This document shows positions 1 through 11,036 of a DNA stretch of 64,000 nt, in pieces. Source of the DNA: an uncultured delta proteobacterium (GTDB lineage Bacteria > Desulfobacterota > WTBG01 > CAIYCZ01 > CAIRTM01). The notes beneath the pieces are model-generated. The model saw only the letters and a list, made by a program, of their open reading frames with translations. It was not told the origin of the DNA and searched no databases. Where the stretch lies: contig CAVRBJ010000022.1 in NCBI GenBank assembly GCA_963718965.1, forward strand, positions 82,479 through 146,478, given 5' to 3'. The stretch's first letter is position 1; every line of letters begins with the position of its first letter. The translations under genes and the position numbers were made by a program.

Positions 1-227
1 ACCCCTCCGACCGAGTCGATCATGCGGGCGATTTCGCCGGCTGAGTACTTTTGTGTGCCTTTGAAAAGCATATGCTCAATAAAATGTGCTATGCCCGATT
101 CGGCTTTATGCTCATGCCGAGAGCCCGAGCGTATCCAGATGCCTATTGAAACGGAGTGAACATGCGGTACCCGCTCGCTCACTATCCGCACGCCGCTGTC
201 AAGAACGGTTTTATTAATTTTTGCCAT
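1..227 (-). CDS. M16-family zinc peptidase (insulinase-like), N-terminal fragment; the gene continues beyond the window start
   Basis: Reverse-complement translation MAKINKTVLDSGVRIVSERVPHVHSVSIGIWIRSGSRHEHKAESGIAHFIEHMLFKGT contains the HxxEH zinc motif region typical of M16 peptidases; common neighbour of pnp. Confidence 0.6.
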   Translation of the reverse strand, partial: MAKINKTVLDSGVRIVSERVPHVHSVSIGIWIRSGSRHEHKAESGIAHFIEHMLFKGTQKYSAGEIARMIDSVGG

Positions 228-272
228 TGCTTATTTTTCTTTTAAATTTTTTCAGACGCCTTTAGTACAAAG

Positions 273-395
273 CCCCCCAAAAGAGGGTGCGGAACGATTC
301 CCCCTTTAGCAAAGGGGGTTAGGGGGATTTGTCAGGCTGCAAAAAATCCCCCTGTATCCCCTTTTTCAAAGGGGGATGAAATATGAATGTTTTTT
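273..395. repeat. Dispersed double-hairpin intergenic repeat, copy 1 (CCCCCTTTAGCAAAGGGGG ... CCCCTTTTTCAAAGGGGGA)
   Basis: Near-identical to copies at 33861-33968 and (inverted) 51812-51913; partial copies at 28333, 42400 and 56514. Confidence 0.7.
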
Positions 396-446
396 TGTAT
401 AAAATTAATAGCGCCCTCTTTTTTATGTGCCACTGCCACTAGACGA

Positions 447-482
447 CGAAGGCACGGGGAAACATTGTTTCCCTGTGCCTCC
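447..482 (-). terminator. GC-rich hairpin downstream of pnp (GGCACGGGGAAACA/TGTTTCCCTGTGCC)
   Basis: 14-bp inverted repeat 45 bp past the pnp stop; no clear U-run. Confidence 0.4.
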
Positions 483-525
483 ATGCGGCAACCATCGTTA
501 TACAAGCAGGCTTTACTCAGTCGGC

Positions 526-2633
526 CTAATCCTGGTCACTGAGTGCAGCTTTGCGGCTCAGCCTGATCTTTCCCTGCGAATCGATCTCAAGTACCTTGAC
601 CATAACCTCATCTCCCTCGTTAAGAACGTCGCGCACATTTGCTACGCGCTCATTGGCAAGCTGGGAAATATGCACAAGGCCGTCACAGCCGGGAATGATC
701 TCAACAAAAGCACCGAAATCCATAATCTTGCGCACCTTGCCCTTGTAAATCTTGCCGATTTCCGCCTCGGCCACTACTCCGCGAATGAGATCAAGAGCCT
801 TCTCGATGGATGCCTGGTCGGCAGATGCCACCGATACCTTGCCGTCGTCCGCAACATCTATCTTACACCCGGTCTGGGCTATGATGCTTTTGATATTCTT
901 GCCGCCCGGGCCGATAACGGCGCTGATCTTGTCGGGCCGAACCTGAATGGTAACGATGCGCGGCGCGCGCGGCGAAATGTCGGGCCGCGGCTCACTGATC
1001 GTCTTCTGCATGATGTCAAGGATATGGAGCCGTCCCTCGCGGGCCTGCTCAAGCGCTGCAGACAGAATTTCCTTCGGCAGACCCTTGATCTTGATGTCCA
1101 TCTGGATGGCGGTCACGCCATTGCGCGTGCCTGCAACCTTGAAGTCCATGTCGCCGACATGATCCTCGTCGCCCAGAATATCGGAAAGAACCACAAAGGT
1201 ATCGCCTTCCTTGATAAGCCCCATGGCGATGCCCGCAACAGGATCCTTGATCGGCACGCCTGCATCCATCAGCGACAGCGTGCTGCCGCAGACCGTTGCC
1301 ATGGAGGATGAGCCGTTAGACTCAAGCACTTCCGACACGATCCGGATGGTGTATGGGAAAACCTCAGCCGTCGGCAAAACATAGCTGAGTGCGCGCTCGG
1401 CAAGATTTCCATGCCCGATGTCGCGGCGGCTGGCCGACCGCAAGGGTCGTGCCTCGCCAACGGAAAACGGCGGAAAATTGTAGTGCAGCATGAATGCCTT
1501 GGTGCTCTCGCCGATAAGCGCGTCAACCCGCTGCTCATCATCTGCCGTGCCAAGGGTTGTCGCCACCAGCGCCTGGGTCTCGCCGCGGGTAAACAGGCCC
1601 GATCCATGCGTTCTGGGCAGTATCGCCACATCGCAGGCTGATGGCCCGTATATCTTTATTGGTGCGGCCGTCAATGCGGCGGCCGTCCCTGGTGATGGCG
1701 CTGCGGATAATCTCTCCCTCAAGGCTCTCAAGAGCGGAGGCAATATCATTTCCCGCCTCAGGGAGCTCAGCTTTAAGCTCGGTGAGCGTCTGTGAGAAAA
1801 TGTCGCTCACGGCGGCATTGCGCTCGAGCTTCACCGGCAGTGCCAGTGCAGCCTTCATGGGCTCAAAGGCCTTCTGCCGAACCTTATCCGTGATGTCGGT
1901 GGCGATGCTGCGGTCGGCAATGTTCATCTTGGGCTTGCCGACGCGCTCGCGCAGTTCTCGCTGCATGGCCAGCACGTCCTGCAGGCCACTGTGGCCGAAC
2001 ATGATGGCATCCAGCAAAACCTGCTCGGATACGCACTGAGCCGATCCTTCAACCATGACCACCGCGTCCCGGCTGCCGGCAACAACGATGTCAAGCTCGC
2101 TGTCCGCCATTTTGGCTGATGGGCGGATTGATTTCAAACTGGCCGTCAAAACGGCCTACGCGCACACCGGCGATAGGCCCGTGAAAGGGAATATCGGAAA
2201 GCTCAAGGGCTGCCGAAGCGCCGATCATGGCCGCCATATCGGGATCGTTCTCGCCGTCGGCGGAAAGAACTGTTGCGATAATCTGAACATCGTTGCGAAA
2301 CCCCTTGGGAAAAAGAGGCCGCAGGGGCCGGTCGATGAACCGGGAGGTCAGTATTTCATGTTCGCTGAGCCGGCCTTCACGCTTGAAGAATCCGCCCGGA
2401 ATTTTGCCCGCAGCATAGGTCTTTTCAACATAATCTACTGAGAGGGGGAAAAAATCCACACCCTCCCGCTGCTTGCTTGAGACAACTGCGGTCACGAGCA
2501 CCACGGTTTCACCATAGCGCACCAGCACCGAACCGTTTGCCTGCTTGGCCAGCAGCCCTGTTTCAATCGTCAAAGGACGTCCGCCCACATCAATAGTTAC
2601 TTTTTCTTGTACTGTCATTATTTTTTCCTTCAT
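526..2633 (-). CDS. pnp: Polynucleotide phosphorylase (PNPase); reading frame broken twice in this assembly
   Basis: Three overlapping ORF pieces (2091-2633, 1538-2149, 526-1749) together give the RNase PH x2, KH and S1 domains ([23 protein letters not shown]1 [15 protein letters not shown]). Confidence 0.9.
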
Positions 2634-2656
2634 AGTGTGGGCAGAAATCTCGGATG

Positions 2657-2674
2657 GGCCTGCATCTGCAGGCC
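2657..2674 (-). promoter_or_regulatory. rpsO-pnp intergenic hairpin (rpsO terminator / pnp leader stem)
   Basis: Perfect 8-bp inverted repeat GGCCTGCA tc TGCAGGCC between the rpsO stop and pnp start, in the position of the known pnp leader/RNase III stem. Confidence 0.45.
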
Positions 2675-2709
2675 TCTTTTACTACCTGTTCCCGCCCGTG
2701 TAGTGTACG

Positions 2710-2979
2710 TTACTTTCTCAGATTCAGTGATATCAGAATCTCTTTGTACTTATCGACATTTCTGCTCTTCAGATAATCAAGGAGCCGTCTGCGCTGATTA
2801 ACCATTTTGATAAGCCCGCGCCGGGTGTTGAAATCCTTGACATGGCTCTTCATATGCCCGGTCAGATACGTTATGCGCTCGGAAAGCAGCGCAATCTGTA
2901 CTTCGCTCGAGCCGGTGTCCTTCTCGTGAGTTCTGAATTTTCCGATAATTTCCTGTTTCTGTTCGTTCTGTAATGCCAT
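2710..2979 (-). CDS. rpsO: 30S ribosomal protein S15
   Basis: MALQNEQKQEIIGKFRTHEKDTGSSEVQIALLSERITYLTGHMK..., canonical S15. Confidence 0.9.
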   Translation of the reverse strand: MALQNEQKQEIIGKFRTHEKDTGSSEVQIALLSERITYLTGHMKSHVKDFNTRRGLIKMVNQRRRLLDYLKSRNVDKYKEILISLNLRK

Positions 2980-2983
2980 ACCT

Positions 2984-4013
2984 CTAACCTCTCTCATTAC
3001 ATAGTGTTTCTCGTTTATTACTTCTGCCTTTTATTTTTTCTTCTGTTGTTGACTTCTCCCTGACAGCCACTGCATCACGGGGGAAAAACCCGCACGGTCT
3101 TCCAGGCCGGAGCGGCTGTGGCCGCTGAAAACAGCCGGGTCGCAGGCTGCAATCGTCTGCACCACGCCGACCAGGCCGCCGCCGGAAAGGCTGTATTTTC
3201 AGCAGCTGGCCGTCTGGTAGTGCCGGTGCATCGAAGTGGCGCATCTCGCATGCCGTTATGCTCAGTCCGTTGCGAATCCTTGCAGCCATTGAGTCATCGA
3301 CGACAACCTCGGGCAATCCGTGCAGGGCATCGCTGAGCGCAATCAGGTGGTCCCGGCAAATATCATCCGCCGAAAGCATCTCAAGAGCGTCCCATGGTCA
3401 GCGCGTCACGCACATGAAAACCGCCGGTGCGCACCCGTTCAAGGCGGGACAGGACACCTCCGCAGCCAAGCATGCGCCGATGTCATGGCACAGCGTCCGC
3501 ATATAGGTTCCATGCGAACACACCACGCGAAACGCTGCGTCCGGCGGCTCATAGTCAAGCACATCGAGCTCGTAGACGGTTACCCGCCGCGGCTCACGCT
3601 CCACGGTTTTGCCCTCCCGCGCCAAACGGTACAGCGGCACGCCATCGCGCTTGATTGCCGAATACATGGGCGGCGTCTGCAGTATGTCGCCCCTGAACGC
3701 TGCGCAGGCATCTTCCAGTGCATGCCGGTCCGGCCAGCGCGGCATCACAGGTGCTGAGCACCGCGCCTTCTATATCCTGCGTATCGGTCTCCATGCCAAG
3801 GCGCATGCGCCCCGCATATTCTTTTTCACCGAACATTAAAAACTGCACGAGCCGGGTGGCGCCATTAATGCACAGCGGCAGCACGCCGGTTGCCATGGGA
3901 TCAAGCGTTCCCGTATGGCCGACTTTAGCGGCCTTCAGTTTCCGCTTAACCCGCTGGCAGACATCATGGGATGTGCAGCCTGCGGGCTTATTGACTAAAA
4001 GTACGCCATCCAT
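2984..4013 (-). CDS. truB: tRNA pseudouridine(55) synthase TruB, split over three frames
   Basis: N-terminal piece MDGVLLVNKPAGCTSHDVCQRVKRKLKAAKVGHTGTLDPMATGVL (catalytic Asp motif); middle piece QTPPMYSAIKRDGVPLYRLAREG; C-terminal frame uncertain. Confidence 0.8.
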
Positions 4014-4022
4014 GCCGCAGGT

Positions 4023-4400
4023 CTATTCCTTTTCCTTGCCCGACTCCAGCTCATCTTCGATACCGCGCAGAATCTTGTCCATTCTCGCGCCGTTTTCAAA
4101 TGAGCTGTCATAGGCAAAGGTAATATGCGGCGTACACCGCAGCTGCAAACGGCCGCCGACCTTGCGCTGGACAAAGCCTGCAGCATGCCGCAGGCCCTCC
4201 ATCACCTCTTCCAGCAGCTGCCCGTCCTGAAGCAGTGTGGTAAAAAAAACCCTGGCGTTTCTCAGATCTTTTGACAGGCGCACGTCGGTGATGGTCACGA
4301 AGCGCACGCGCGGATCCTTCACCTCGCGCAGCAGAACCTCGGCTATATCGCGCCGCATAAGATCCGCAACCCGATCCGTCCGCTGGAATGTTCCGCTCAT
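4023..4400 (-). CDS. rbfA: Ribosome-binding factor A
   Basis: RVADLMRRDIAEVLLREVKDPRVRFVTITDVRLSKDLRNARVFFT is typical RbfA. Confidence 0.9.
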   Translation of the reverse strand: MSGTFQRTDRVADLMRRDIAEVLLREVKDPRVRFVTITDVRLSKDLRNARVFFTTLLQDGQLLEEVMEGLRHAAGFVQRKVGGRLQLRCTPHITFAYDSSFENGARMDKILRGIEDELESGKEKE

Positions 4401-4406
4401 AGCACG

Positions 4407-4700
4407 TCACCAGTTAATACTCATTATTTCCATCTGCTGATCGACAATCTCTGCAAGATACAGGCTTTCCACATAGTCAATAACCTTATCGATGCAGGAG
4501 TTTATATAGGCCCTGTCATTGCCGACCATGCTGAACCCCACCTGAGCGCTCTGCCATATGTCGTTATCGCCGACTTCTGCAATGGAAACCGGAAACCTGT
4601 TGCGGACCCGCTCGATGATCTTTTTTACTATGCTGCGCTTCTCTTTCAATGAGAAGACATCATGCAGCGCCAGCCGAAGGCAGCACACACCGACAACCAT
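4407..4700 (-). CDS. DUF503-family protein (YlxP-like) of the nusA-infB operon
   Basis: ~95 aa protein between infB and rbfA, the conserved position of the DUF503 family. Confidence 0.7.
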   Translation of the reverse strand: MVVGVCCLRLALHDVFSLKEKRSIVKKIIERVRNRFPVSIAEVGDNDIWQSAQVGFSMVGNDRAYINSCIDKVIDYVESLYLAEIVDQQMEIMSINW

Positions 4701-4703
4701 GGC

Positions 4704-7367
4704 TTACAGCTTGCGCTCCAGCTCTTCAACAATAAAAGACTCGATAATGTCGCCCTCCTGGAAATCCTTATAAGCACCCAGAGCGATACCGCAGTCCTGG
4801 CCCGGGACAGCTTCACGCACATCATCTTTAAAACGCTTCAGCGAGCTGATATCGCCTTCGTACACCACCTCGCCGCCGCGCAGCACGCGGCCCTTGGAGC
4901 GGCCCAGTATGCGCCCCTCAACAACAAAACAGCCGGCGATCGTGCCCAGCTTTGAAATCTCAAACACCTGCCGCACTTCTGCCTTGCCCGAAGACTTTTC
5001 AGCATACTTGGGCGCCAGCATGCCCAGCATGGCCTTTTTAACTTCGTCCATCACGTCGTAGATGATCTGGTAGTTGCGCACGTCAACCTTTTCCTGCTCG
5101 GCCGTTTCATTCACCTTGGGTTCGGTCTTCACGTTGAAACCGATGATAATGGCCTTTGATGCCGCAGCGAGCATAACATCGTTCTTACTGATAGCGCCCA
5201 CGCTTGAATGAATTATCTGAACCTTGACCTCATCGGTGCTCAGGTTTTCAAGAGACTGTTTGAGCGCCTCGAATGATCCCTGCACATCGGCTTTGAGAAC
5301 AATCCGCAGCACCTTGGCATCCGCCTCGGCAACGGAACTCATAAAATTTTCAAGCGAAATGCGGGCGTCTTTACGCAAATCCCCCTCACGCAGCTTCGTC
5401 AGCCAGTAGTCGCTGGTCTGGCGCGCCGTCTTCTCATCAACCACCAGGAACATATCCCCGGCCTCGGGCACGGCTGTAAAGCCGATAATCTCAACCGGAG
5501 TTGAAGGTCCGGCCTCTTTCATCGTCCGGCCATGATCATCGATGAGGGCGCGTACTTTGCCGAAGTGCTGCTTGGACGCAAACGAATCGCCTACCCGCAG
5601 CGTGCCTTCCTGCACAAGCACGGTGGCTATAGGGCCCCTGCCCTTATCAAGCCGTGCCTCGATAATGGAACCTTTGGCCGGCTTGTCGGGATTTGCCTTG
5701 AGATCAAGCATTTCAGCCTGCAGCAGCACCATTTCAAGCAGCTTATCGATATTAATATTCTTCTTTGCCGACACTTCAACAAAAATCGTGTCGCCGCCCC
5801 AATCCTCTGAAAGCAGGCCGTAGTTGCTCAATTCCTGACGGACTTTTTCGGGATTGGCCTCGGGCTTGTCGATCTTGTTAATGGCCACAATAATCGGAAC
5901 CTGCGCGGCTCGGGCATGATTTATCGCCTCTATGGTCTGGGGCTTGGGCCCCTCTTCGGCGGCAACCACAAGAATGACGATATCGGTCACCTGCGCGCCA
6001 CGGGCGCGCATGGAGGTAAAGGCTTCATGGCCCGGCGTATCGACAAATGCTATTTCGCCACGCGGCGTCGTGACTTTATACGCGCCTATATGCTGGGTAA
6101 TGCCGCCTTTTTCACCGTCGGCAACATTTGCATTTCGTATGACGTCCAGAAGACTTGTCTTGCCGTGATCGACATGCCCCATGACTGTCACAACCGGGCA
6201 GCGGGGCAGCATGTGTTCATCGGCATCGTGGGTCTTCGCCTCAAACATGGTTTCAGGCTCATTGGAAAGGCTTTCAATTTCATAGCTGAAGTCAGTAGCA
6301 ACCAGCGTTGCCGTATCAATGTCGAGCATCTGGTTAATTGTTGCCATTATGCCCAAGGCTATGAGCTTCCTGATGATATCGCTGGCCTTCACGCCCATGC
6401 GTTTTGCAAGTTCACCAACCGTAATGCCGTCCTGAACCCTGATTTTACGCTTGATCGCCTTAGGCACGGTCTTTTCAGTTCCTTTTTTGGCTGCAGGCGC
6501 AGCTTCTCCTTTGCGTCTGACTTTGACGGGCATCCTGTCTTTTACTTTATACCTGACACGGCGGCTCTGCGCTGCCCCCTGATCGGCCTCTTCGACTACT
6601 TCTTCGCTCAGCGGCGCCTGCTGCCAGCGGAATTTCTGGCGTTTGATTTTGTCTTTCACCGGATCTTTGGCGCGCTTTTCGCGCTCGCGCGCCTCTTCCT
6701 CGGCAGAGGGCTTTCGCACCAATCCCGGCTGTTCGACAGAAACCGGGACCGGCTGCACGGCCGGTGCATGAGGCGCACAGGCTGCTCCGGCTCAGGGACA
6801 TGCCGTGGCCTCAGGTCTATTCGACCGATAATGCTGGCCGGTGTAGATTCTTTGCCTTTAAAACTCAGTTTCTTGAAAGCAGGTTTCGCCTCAGCAGGCT
6901 CGTCAGCCGGCTCGACTTCAGCACCTGCGGTCTCTCCATCTGCTGCGGGCTCATGCTTGTTCCGGTTCGGGCAGCACCTGGCGCAATAAGCCCGGTTGAT
7001 GCAGTTGATCGTCCGGTTCATGCGCTCCTGCAGCAGCCAGGGGATCTTCAGTCTGCGCTACCGCAGCCTCAGGCTCGGCTTCGGCTTTCTTGCGGCGCCG
7101 GATAACTGTTTGGCCGATGCGCCGCTCCATAAGTTTCTCGCCCGATGCCACATCAATCTTTTCAACTTCCTTGACAGGTTCAAGGCCTTTTGCGGAACCT
7201 GCGTCTTTGCCGGCCTTGCCAGCACGAACCCGACGCCGTACATCATCGACCTGATAGTCGAGCAGGCCGCTTGAATGGGTCTTGACTTCAATGCCCAGCT
7301 CCTTGAGCAGTGGCATCATGTCCTTGGTCTCTATCTGCAACTCTTTGGCTAATTCGTGAACTCTCAT
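4704..7367 (-). CDS. infB: Translation initiation factor IF-2; N-terminal third frame-shifted (6656-7021)
   Basis: N-terminus [28 protein letters not shown]; G-domain [17 protein letters not shown] ... DTPGHEAF; broken across three ORF pieces. Confidence 0.9.
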
Positions 7368-7416
7368 CTGCTCCGCCTGTAATCGTTGCACGAGGCTGCA
7401 GGCCTCATGCAGCCCG

Positions 7417-8685
7417 TTATTGGTCTGTCGCCTCAGGCGCCTGCTCATGTCCCGCGCTGAGAAGAACCTGTGCCTGTGCCTTCACTTCCTCGGCAGCACC
7501 CTGATCGATACCGAGCATGCCCGCAAGATCTTCGGCCGATGCGGCAGCAACGGCATCGATGGACGTACAGTCAGCATCGATCAGTTTGTCGGCAAGAGCT
7601 GTGTCGATCCCCAAAATACCGGTAAGATCGTCGCGGTATTTTTTTGAAATCTTATCCGCCTTTGATTTGCTGCGGATGTCGATTCTCCAACCCGTAAGCT
7701 TGGCCGCAAGCCGGACATTCTGCCCCTTCTTGCCGATGGCAAGTGCGAGCTGGCTGTCATCCACAATAATTTCCATGCTGTGCGCCTGCTCGTCGATCAG
7801 TATCTCGGATATCTCCGCGGGCTGCATGGCTGAACGCACAAAATCCACAGCATCTTCACTCCATGGTATAATATCGATTTTCTCGCCATGAAGCTCATGT
7901 ATAATATTTTGAACCCTGGAACCGCGATTGCCCACACAAGCCCCCACAGGGTCAACTTTGGGATCAAAGGACTCAACAGCTATCTTGGCGCGGTTACCCG
8001 GTTCGCGCGCAACGCAGTGCACCTTGACAATGCCCTCGGCAATCTCGGGAACCTCAAGTTCAAAAAGCTTCAAAAGGAACCCCGGATGGGTGCGGGAAAT
8101 AATCACCTGCGGACCCTTGGCGTTTTTCTTGACATCAAGCACATAGCCTCTGACGCGATCACGCATCGAATAGATTTCGCCGGGTACCTGCTCCTGGGAA
8201 GGCATAATAGCCTCATGCTTTCCGAGCATCACCACAACATTGCCCTTTTCAAAGCGATGCACGAAACCGGTCACCAAATCGGCCTTTTTGTCTTTATAAT
8301 CGCTGTAAATGGTTTCGCGTTCGGCCTCGCGGATATTCTGCATAATGACCTGCTTGGCCGTCTGCGCGGCAATGCGGCCGAATTGCGCCGTGTCCATCTT
8401 CACCCCGATCTCATCGCCGGCCTGCGCCTCGGGGTCGATTTTTGCGGCTTCGGCCAGCCCGATCTCCTTGGTAATATTCTGGACCTCCTCGGCCACCGTC
8501 TTAAACTGGAAGAGCTCTATCTCGCCGAGTTCTTCATTGTAGTGCGCTTCAATGTCCAGGCCGTGGCCATACTTGTTGTGCGCCGCCTTCACGAGGGCAG
8601 TCTCCAGCGCATGTACAAGCACGTCCCGGTCGATACCCTTGTCCTTGCGGATTTCCTCCAGCACCTTATCGAGTTCTGAAAGCAT
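7417..8685 (-). CDS. nusA: Transcription termination/antitermination factor NusA
   Basis: MLSELDKVLEEIRKDKGIDRDVLVHALE..., S1 and KH domains, C-terminal acidic repeats. Confidence 0.9.
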   Translation of the reverse strand: MLSELDKVLEEIRKDKGIDRDVLVHALETALVKAAHNKYGHGLDIEAHYNEELGEIELFQFKTVAEEVQNITKEIGLAEAAKIDPEAQAGDEIGVKMDTAQFGRIAAQTAKQVIMQNIREAERETIYSDYKDKKADLVTGFVHRFEKGNVVVMLGKHEAIMPSQEQVPGEIYSMRDRVRGYVLDVKKNAKGPQVIISRTHPGFLLKLFELEVPEIAEGIVKVHCVAREPGNRAKIAVESFDPKVDPVGACVGNRGSRVQNIIHELHGEKIDIIPWSEDAVDFVRSAMQPAEISEILIDEQAHSMEIIVDDSQLALAIGKKGQNVRLAAKLTGWRIDIRSKSKADKISKKYRDDLTGILGIDTALADKLIDADCTSIDAVAAASAEDLAGMLGIDQGAAEEVKAQAQVLLSAGHEQAPEATDQ

Positions 8686-8780
8686 TGTCGTTTCCTTATG
8701 ATAATTCAACTATTAATTGTAAAGTATAGTCTGGAATTGCCTAAGTTAAAACCCGTCAATTGCCACACTCCTTAATTTAA

Positions 8781-9279
8781 CTAATGTTTCTTTTTCGGCT
8801 GTTTAAGCTTGCTGAAGTCAAATTCGACATTCGCTTTTTTAACAGCCGCCAGTGGCACGGAAAACCCGCATCCATCAATATCTATGCCAAGGACACCATC
8901 ATCCAGCCTGGTAAGCCTTCCCTTAAAATGCTTTCTGCCGTCAAGGGGTTCCATCGTGGTGATGCTCACCATCTCTCCCATGCGCGTTTCAAAGTCACGG
9001 GGCTTTTTAAGCGGCCGGTTCACGCCCGGCGAAGACACTTCAAGGCGATAGGCAAACGGAAGTATCTCCTTCACCTCAAGCACGTCACCGATCTGCCTGC
9101 TTATGTCAGCACACGTGTCAATGGTCACGCCGCCCGGCTGCCTGTCGATAAGCACCCGCAACTACACATCCGCCGGGCTCGCGCCGGCACTCCACATCCA
9201 CAAGCTCAAGCCCCTCGTGCCCGGCAATCTCACGAATGACTGCCTCTGCTGCGGCAAGTAACGACTCATGCGCCTTCAT
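8781..9279 (-). CDS. rimP: Ribosome maturation factor RimP; one frameshift near 9165
   Basis: Upstream frame MKAHESLLAAAEAVIREIAGHEGLELVDVECRREPGG joins the ORF RVLIDRQPGGVTIDTCADISRQIGDVLEV... Confidence 0.8.
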
Positions 9280-9376
9280 CTCGTTTCCCGTCGGTGTAAA
9301 ATAAAAAAGTGGGCAATGCCCACCTTCGACTACTCAACTACACAGAATTGCTGCCACATCCTGCGGAATCACACAG

Positions 9377-9452
9377 TGGAGCGGGCAACGGGATTCGAAC
9401 CCGCGACACCAAGCTTGGGAAGCTTGTACTCTACCAGCTGAGCTATGCCCGC
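9377..9452 (-). tRNA. tRNA-Gly (anticodon CCC)
   Basis: Reverse complement GCGGGCATAGCTCAGCTGGTAGAGTACAAGCTTCCCAAGCTTGGTGTCGCGGGTTCGAATCCCGTTGCCCGCTCCA folds as a cloverleaf with anticodon loop TTCCCAA, encoded CCA, and close resemblance to E. coli tRNA-Gly1. Confidence 0.85.
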
Positions 9453-9474
9453 ATTGATGCTCTAAAACATTAAA

Positions 9475-9502
9475 ATTATACTGAATATTTGATAGGTGTC
9501 AA
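9475..9502 (-). promoter_or_regulatory. Sigma70-type promoter for the tRNA-Gly/rimP-nusA-infB operon
   Basis: Minus-strand TTGACA (9497-9502), 16-nt spacer, TATAAT (9475-9480); upstream A-tract; ~20 nt before the tRNA 5' end. Confidence 0.6.
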
Positions 9503-9589
9503 TCTTTTTTTGCATTGTAATAAAATTGTGATATAAACATTCATCATGTGCCACCTGAAAACACCTACAGAAAGGGCCAAAACCATACA

Positions 9590-10276
9590 ATGAATGATCG
9601 AAAAGCAGCTTCCGTAAAGAAAACACCAGATTCGGCCCAAAGCCCGGCAGCATCCAGCATAATCAAAAAAACGTTGAACCGCGAAAATATCGAAGCCATA
9701 GTCATCGCCATCGTGCTGGCCCTGGCAATCAGAACCTTTGTTGTGCAGGCCTACAAAATCCCCTCAGGCTCCATGGAGCCCACGCTGCTCATTGGCGACC
9801 ATATCCTTGTCAGCAAATTCATTTACGGCATTTCCATCCCTTTCATCGACAATAAATTTTTTCAGCTGAAAACTCCAGCACGGGGAGATGTTGTTGTCTT
9901 CATCTATCCTATGGATGAAAGCAAGGATTTCATCAAACGCGTTGTTGCTGTTGAGGGCGATACCGTTGAAATCCGTCAAAAAAAAGTATACCTCAATGGC
10001 CGCCCTGTTGAAGACCCCCATGCCCATTTCACTGACAGCACCCTGTACAGCGGCACTGACGCAACAGCACAGCAGCGCGACAACTTCGGCCCGAGAACCG
10101 TACCACCCGGCAATATTTTTGTTATGGGCGACAACCGGGATCGAAGCCTCGACAGCCGCTTCTGGGGATTTGTCGGCATTAATAAAATCCGGGGCAAAGC
10201 GTTCCTGATCTACTGGTCATGGGAAAGTTTTTTCAACAACTTCCGCTGGCGCAGGCTCGGGCAGCTGATCGAGTAA
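9590..10276 (+). CDS. lepB: Signal peptidase I
   Basis: SGSMEPTLLIGDHILV ... GDNRDRSLDSRFWGFV, catalytic Ser/Lys boxes. Confidence 0.9.
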   Translation: MNDRKAASVKKTPDSAQSPAASSIIKKTLNRENIEAIVIAIVLALAIRTFVVQAYKIPSGSMEPTLLIGDHILVSKFIYGISIPFIDNKFFQLKTPARGDVVVFIYPMDESKDFIKRVVAVEGDTVEIRQKKVYLNGRPVEDPHAHFTDSTLYSGTDATAQQRDNFGPRTVPPGNIFVMGDNRDRSLDSRFWGFVGINKIRGKAFLIYWSWESFFNNFRWRRLGQLIE

Positions 10277-10306
10277 GCAATCTCGAACCCATAGAGTACG
10301 CGCTTT

Positions 10307-10969
10307 TCAGGAACACTCCTGGCCCGAAGGAATTTTAACCACATAGACGGCGGCGACCCCGCTTTCAGCTATAAATTTCTTGTCTACAATCAGCTGCTGC
10401 CGGCTGATCAGCCCTTCCAGACCGCGGCGTGCAATGAAGTCGCAATAATTCGCAAAATGCCTGCGCCCTGCGCTCAGTTCCATCGCCGTAACCACCATCT
10501 TCCACAGCCAGCCCCGGGGCGGTGGATACGGGCCGAAATGATAGTCCATGAGCATGATTCGGCCACCTGGTTTCACAACGCGCCTGCACTCCTGAAGCAC
10601 GGCAGAGCGCAGCATGGGAGGCATTTCGTGCAGCACCAGAACAATCGTGACAAGATCAAACAATGCCTCCGAAAAAGGCATCTGTGAAGCGTCGCCCACA
10701 TGAAGTTCGGCGGCTGAGCCAAGCTTCCGCCGTGCAACAGCGAGCATGGCAGGCGAAAGGTCAATACCTGTCAGCGAGCAGCCCGGCCTCTGGTACAGGG
10801 CCAATTGCATCCCCGTTCCGCACCCGACATCAAGAACCGACAGATTATCCCGGGGCGGGTAGAGTGTCAGGCCGATTGTTCGCAATCTTTGAGCTGCAGG
10901 CTCATACAGCCGGTCGTAAAACCGCGCATGAAAGCCGTACGGATCCTTTTTCATCGCCAGGGCGCTCAT
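10307..10969 (-). CDS. Class I SAM-dependent methyltransferase
   Basis: LDVGCGTG motif I and methyltransferase-11 fold. Confidence 0.8.
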   Translation of the reverse strand: MSALAMKKDPYGFHARFYDRLYEPAAQRLRTIGLTLYPPRDNLSVLDVGCGTGMQLALYQRPGCSLTGIDLSPAMLAVARRKLGSAAELHVGDASQMPFSEALFDLVTIVLVLHEMPPMLRSAVLQECRRVVKPGGRIMLMDYHFGPYPPPRGWLWKMVVTAMELSAGRRHFANYCDFIARRGLEGLISRQQLIVDKKFIAESGVAAVYVVKIPSGQECS

Positions 10970-11036
10970 TTTAAAAATTCCGCATCACTCCATATCGAAA
11001 AAGCGGGGGCAAGGTGCTTCATGCTGCAGCAGGGTG

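Noticed and set aside
2984-3379. Separate gene downstream of truB (131-aa ORF)
   Set aside because: Its N-terminal part continues the TruB C-terminal/PUA region after a frameshift. The Pro/Arg-rich tail looks like out-of-frame read-through, not a distinct protein.
5916-6989. 357-aa plus-strand ORF antisense to infB; similar long antisense ORFs lie at 7888-8679 (opposite nusA), 15392-16486 (opposite the J-protein), 18654-19481 (opposite the TPR gene), 20965-21441 (opposite cimA) and 39749-40535 (opposite ilvD)
   Set aside because: Each lies entirely inside and opposite a strongly supported conserved gene. Their products are low-complexity and Arg/Ala/Pro-rich, as expected from open antisense frames in high-GC DNA.
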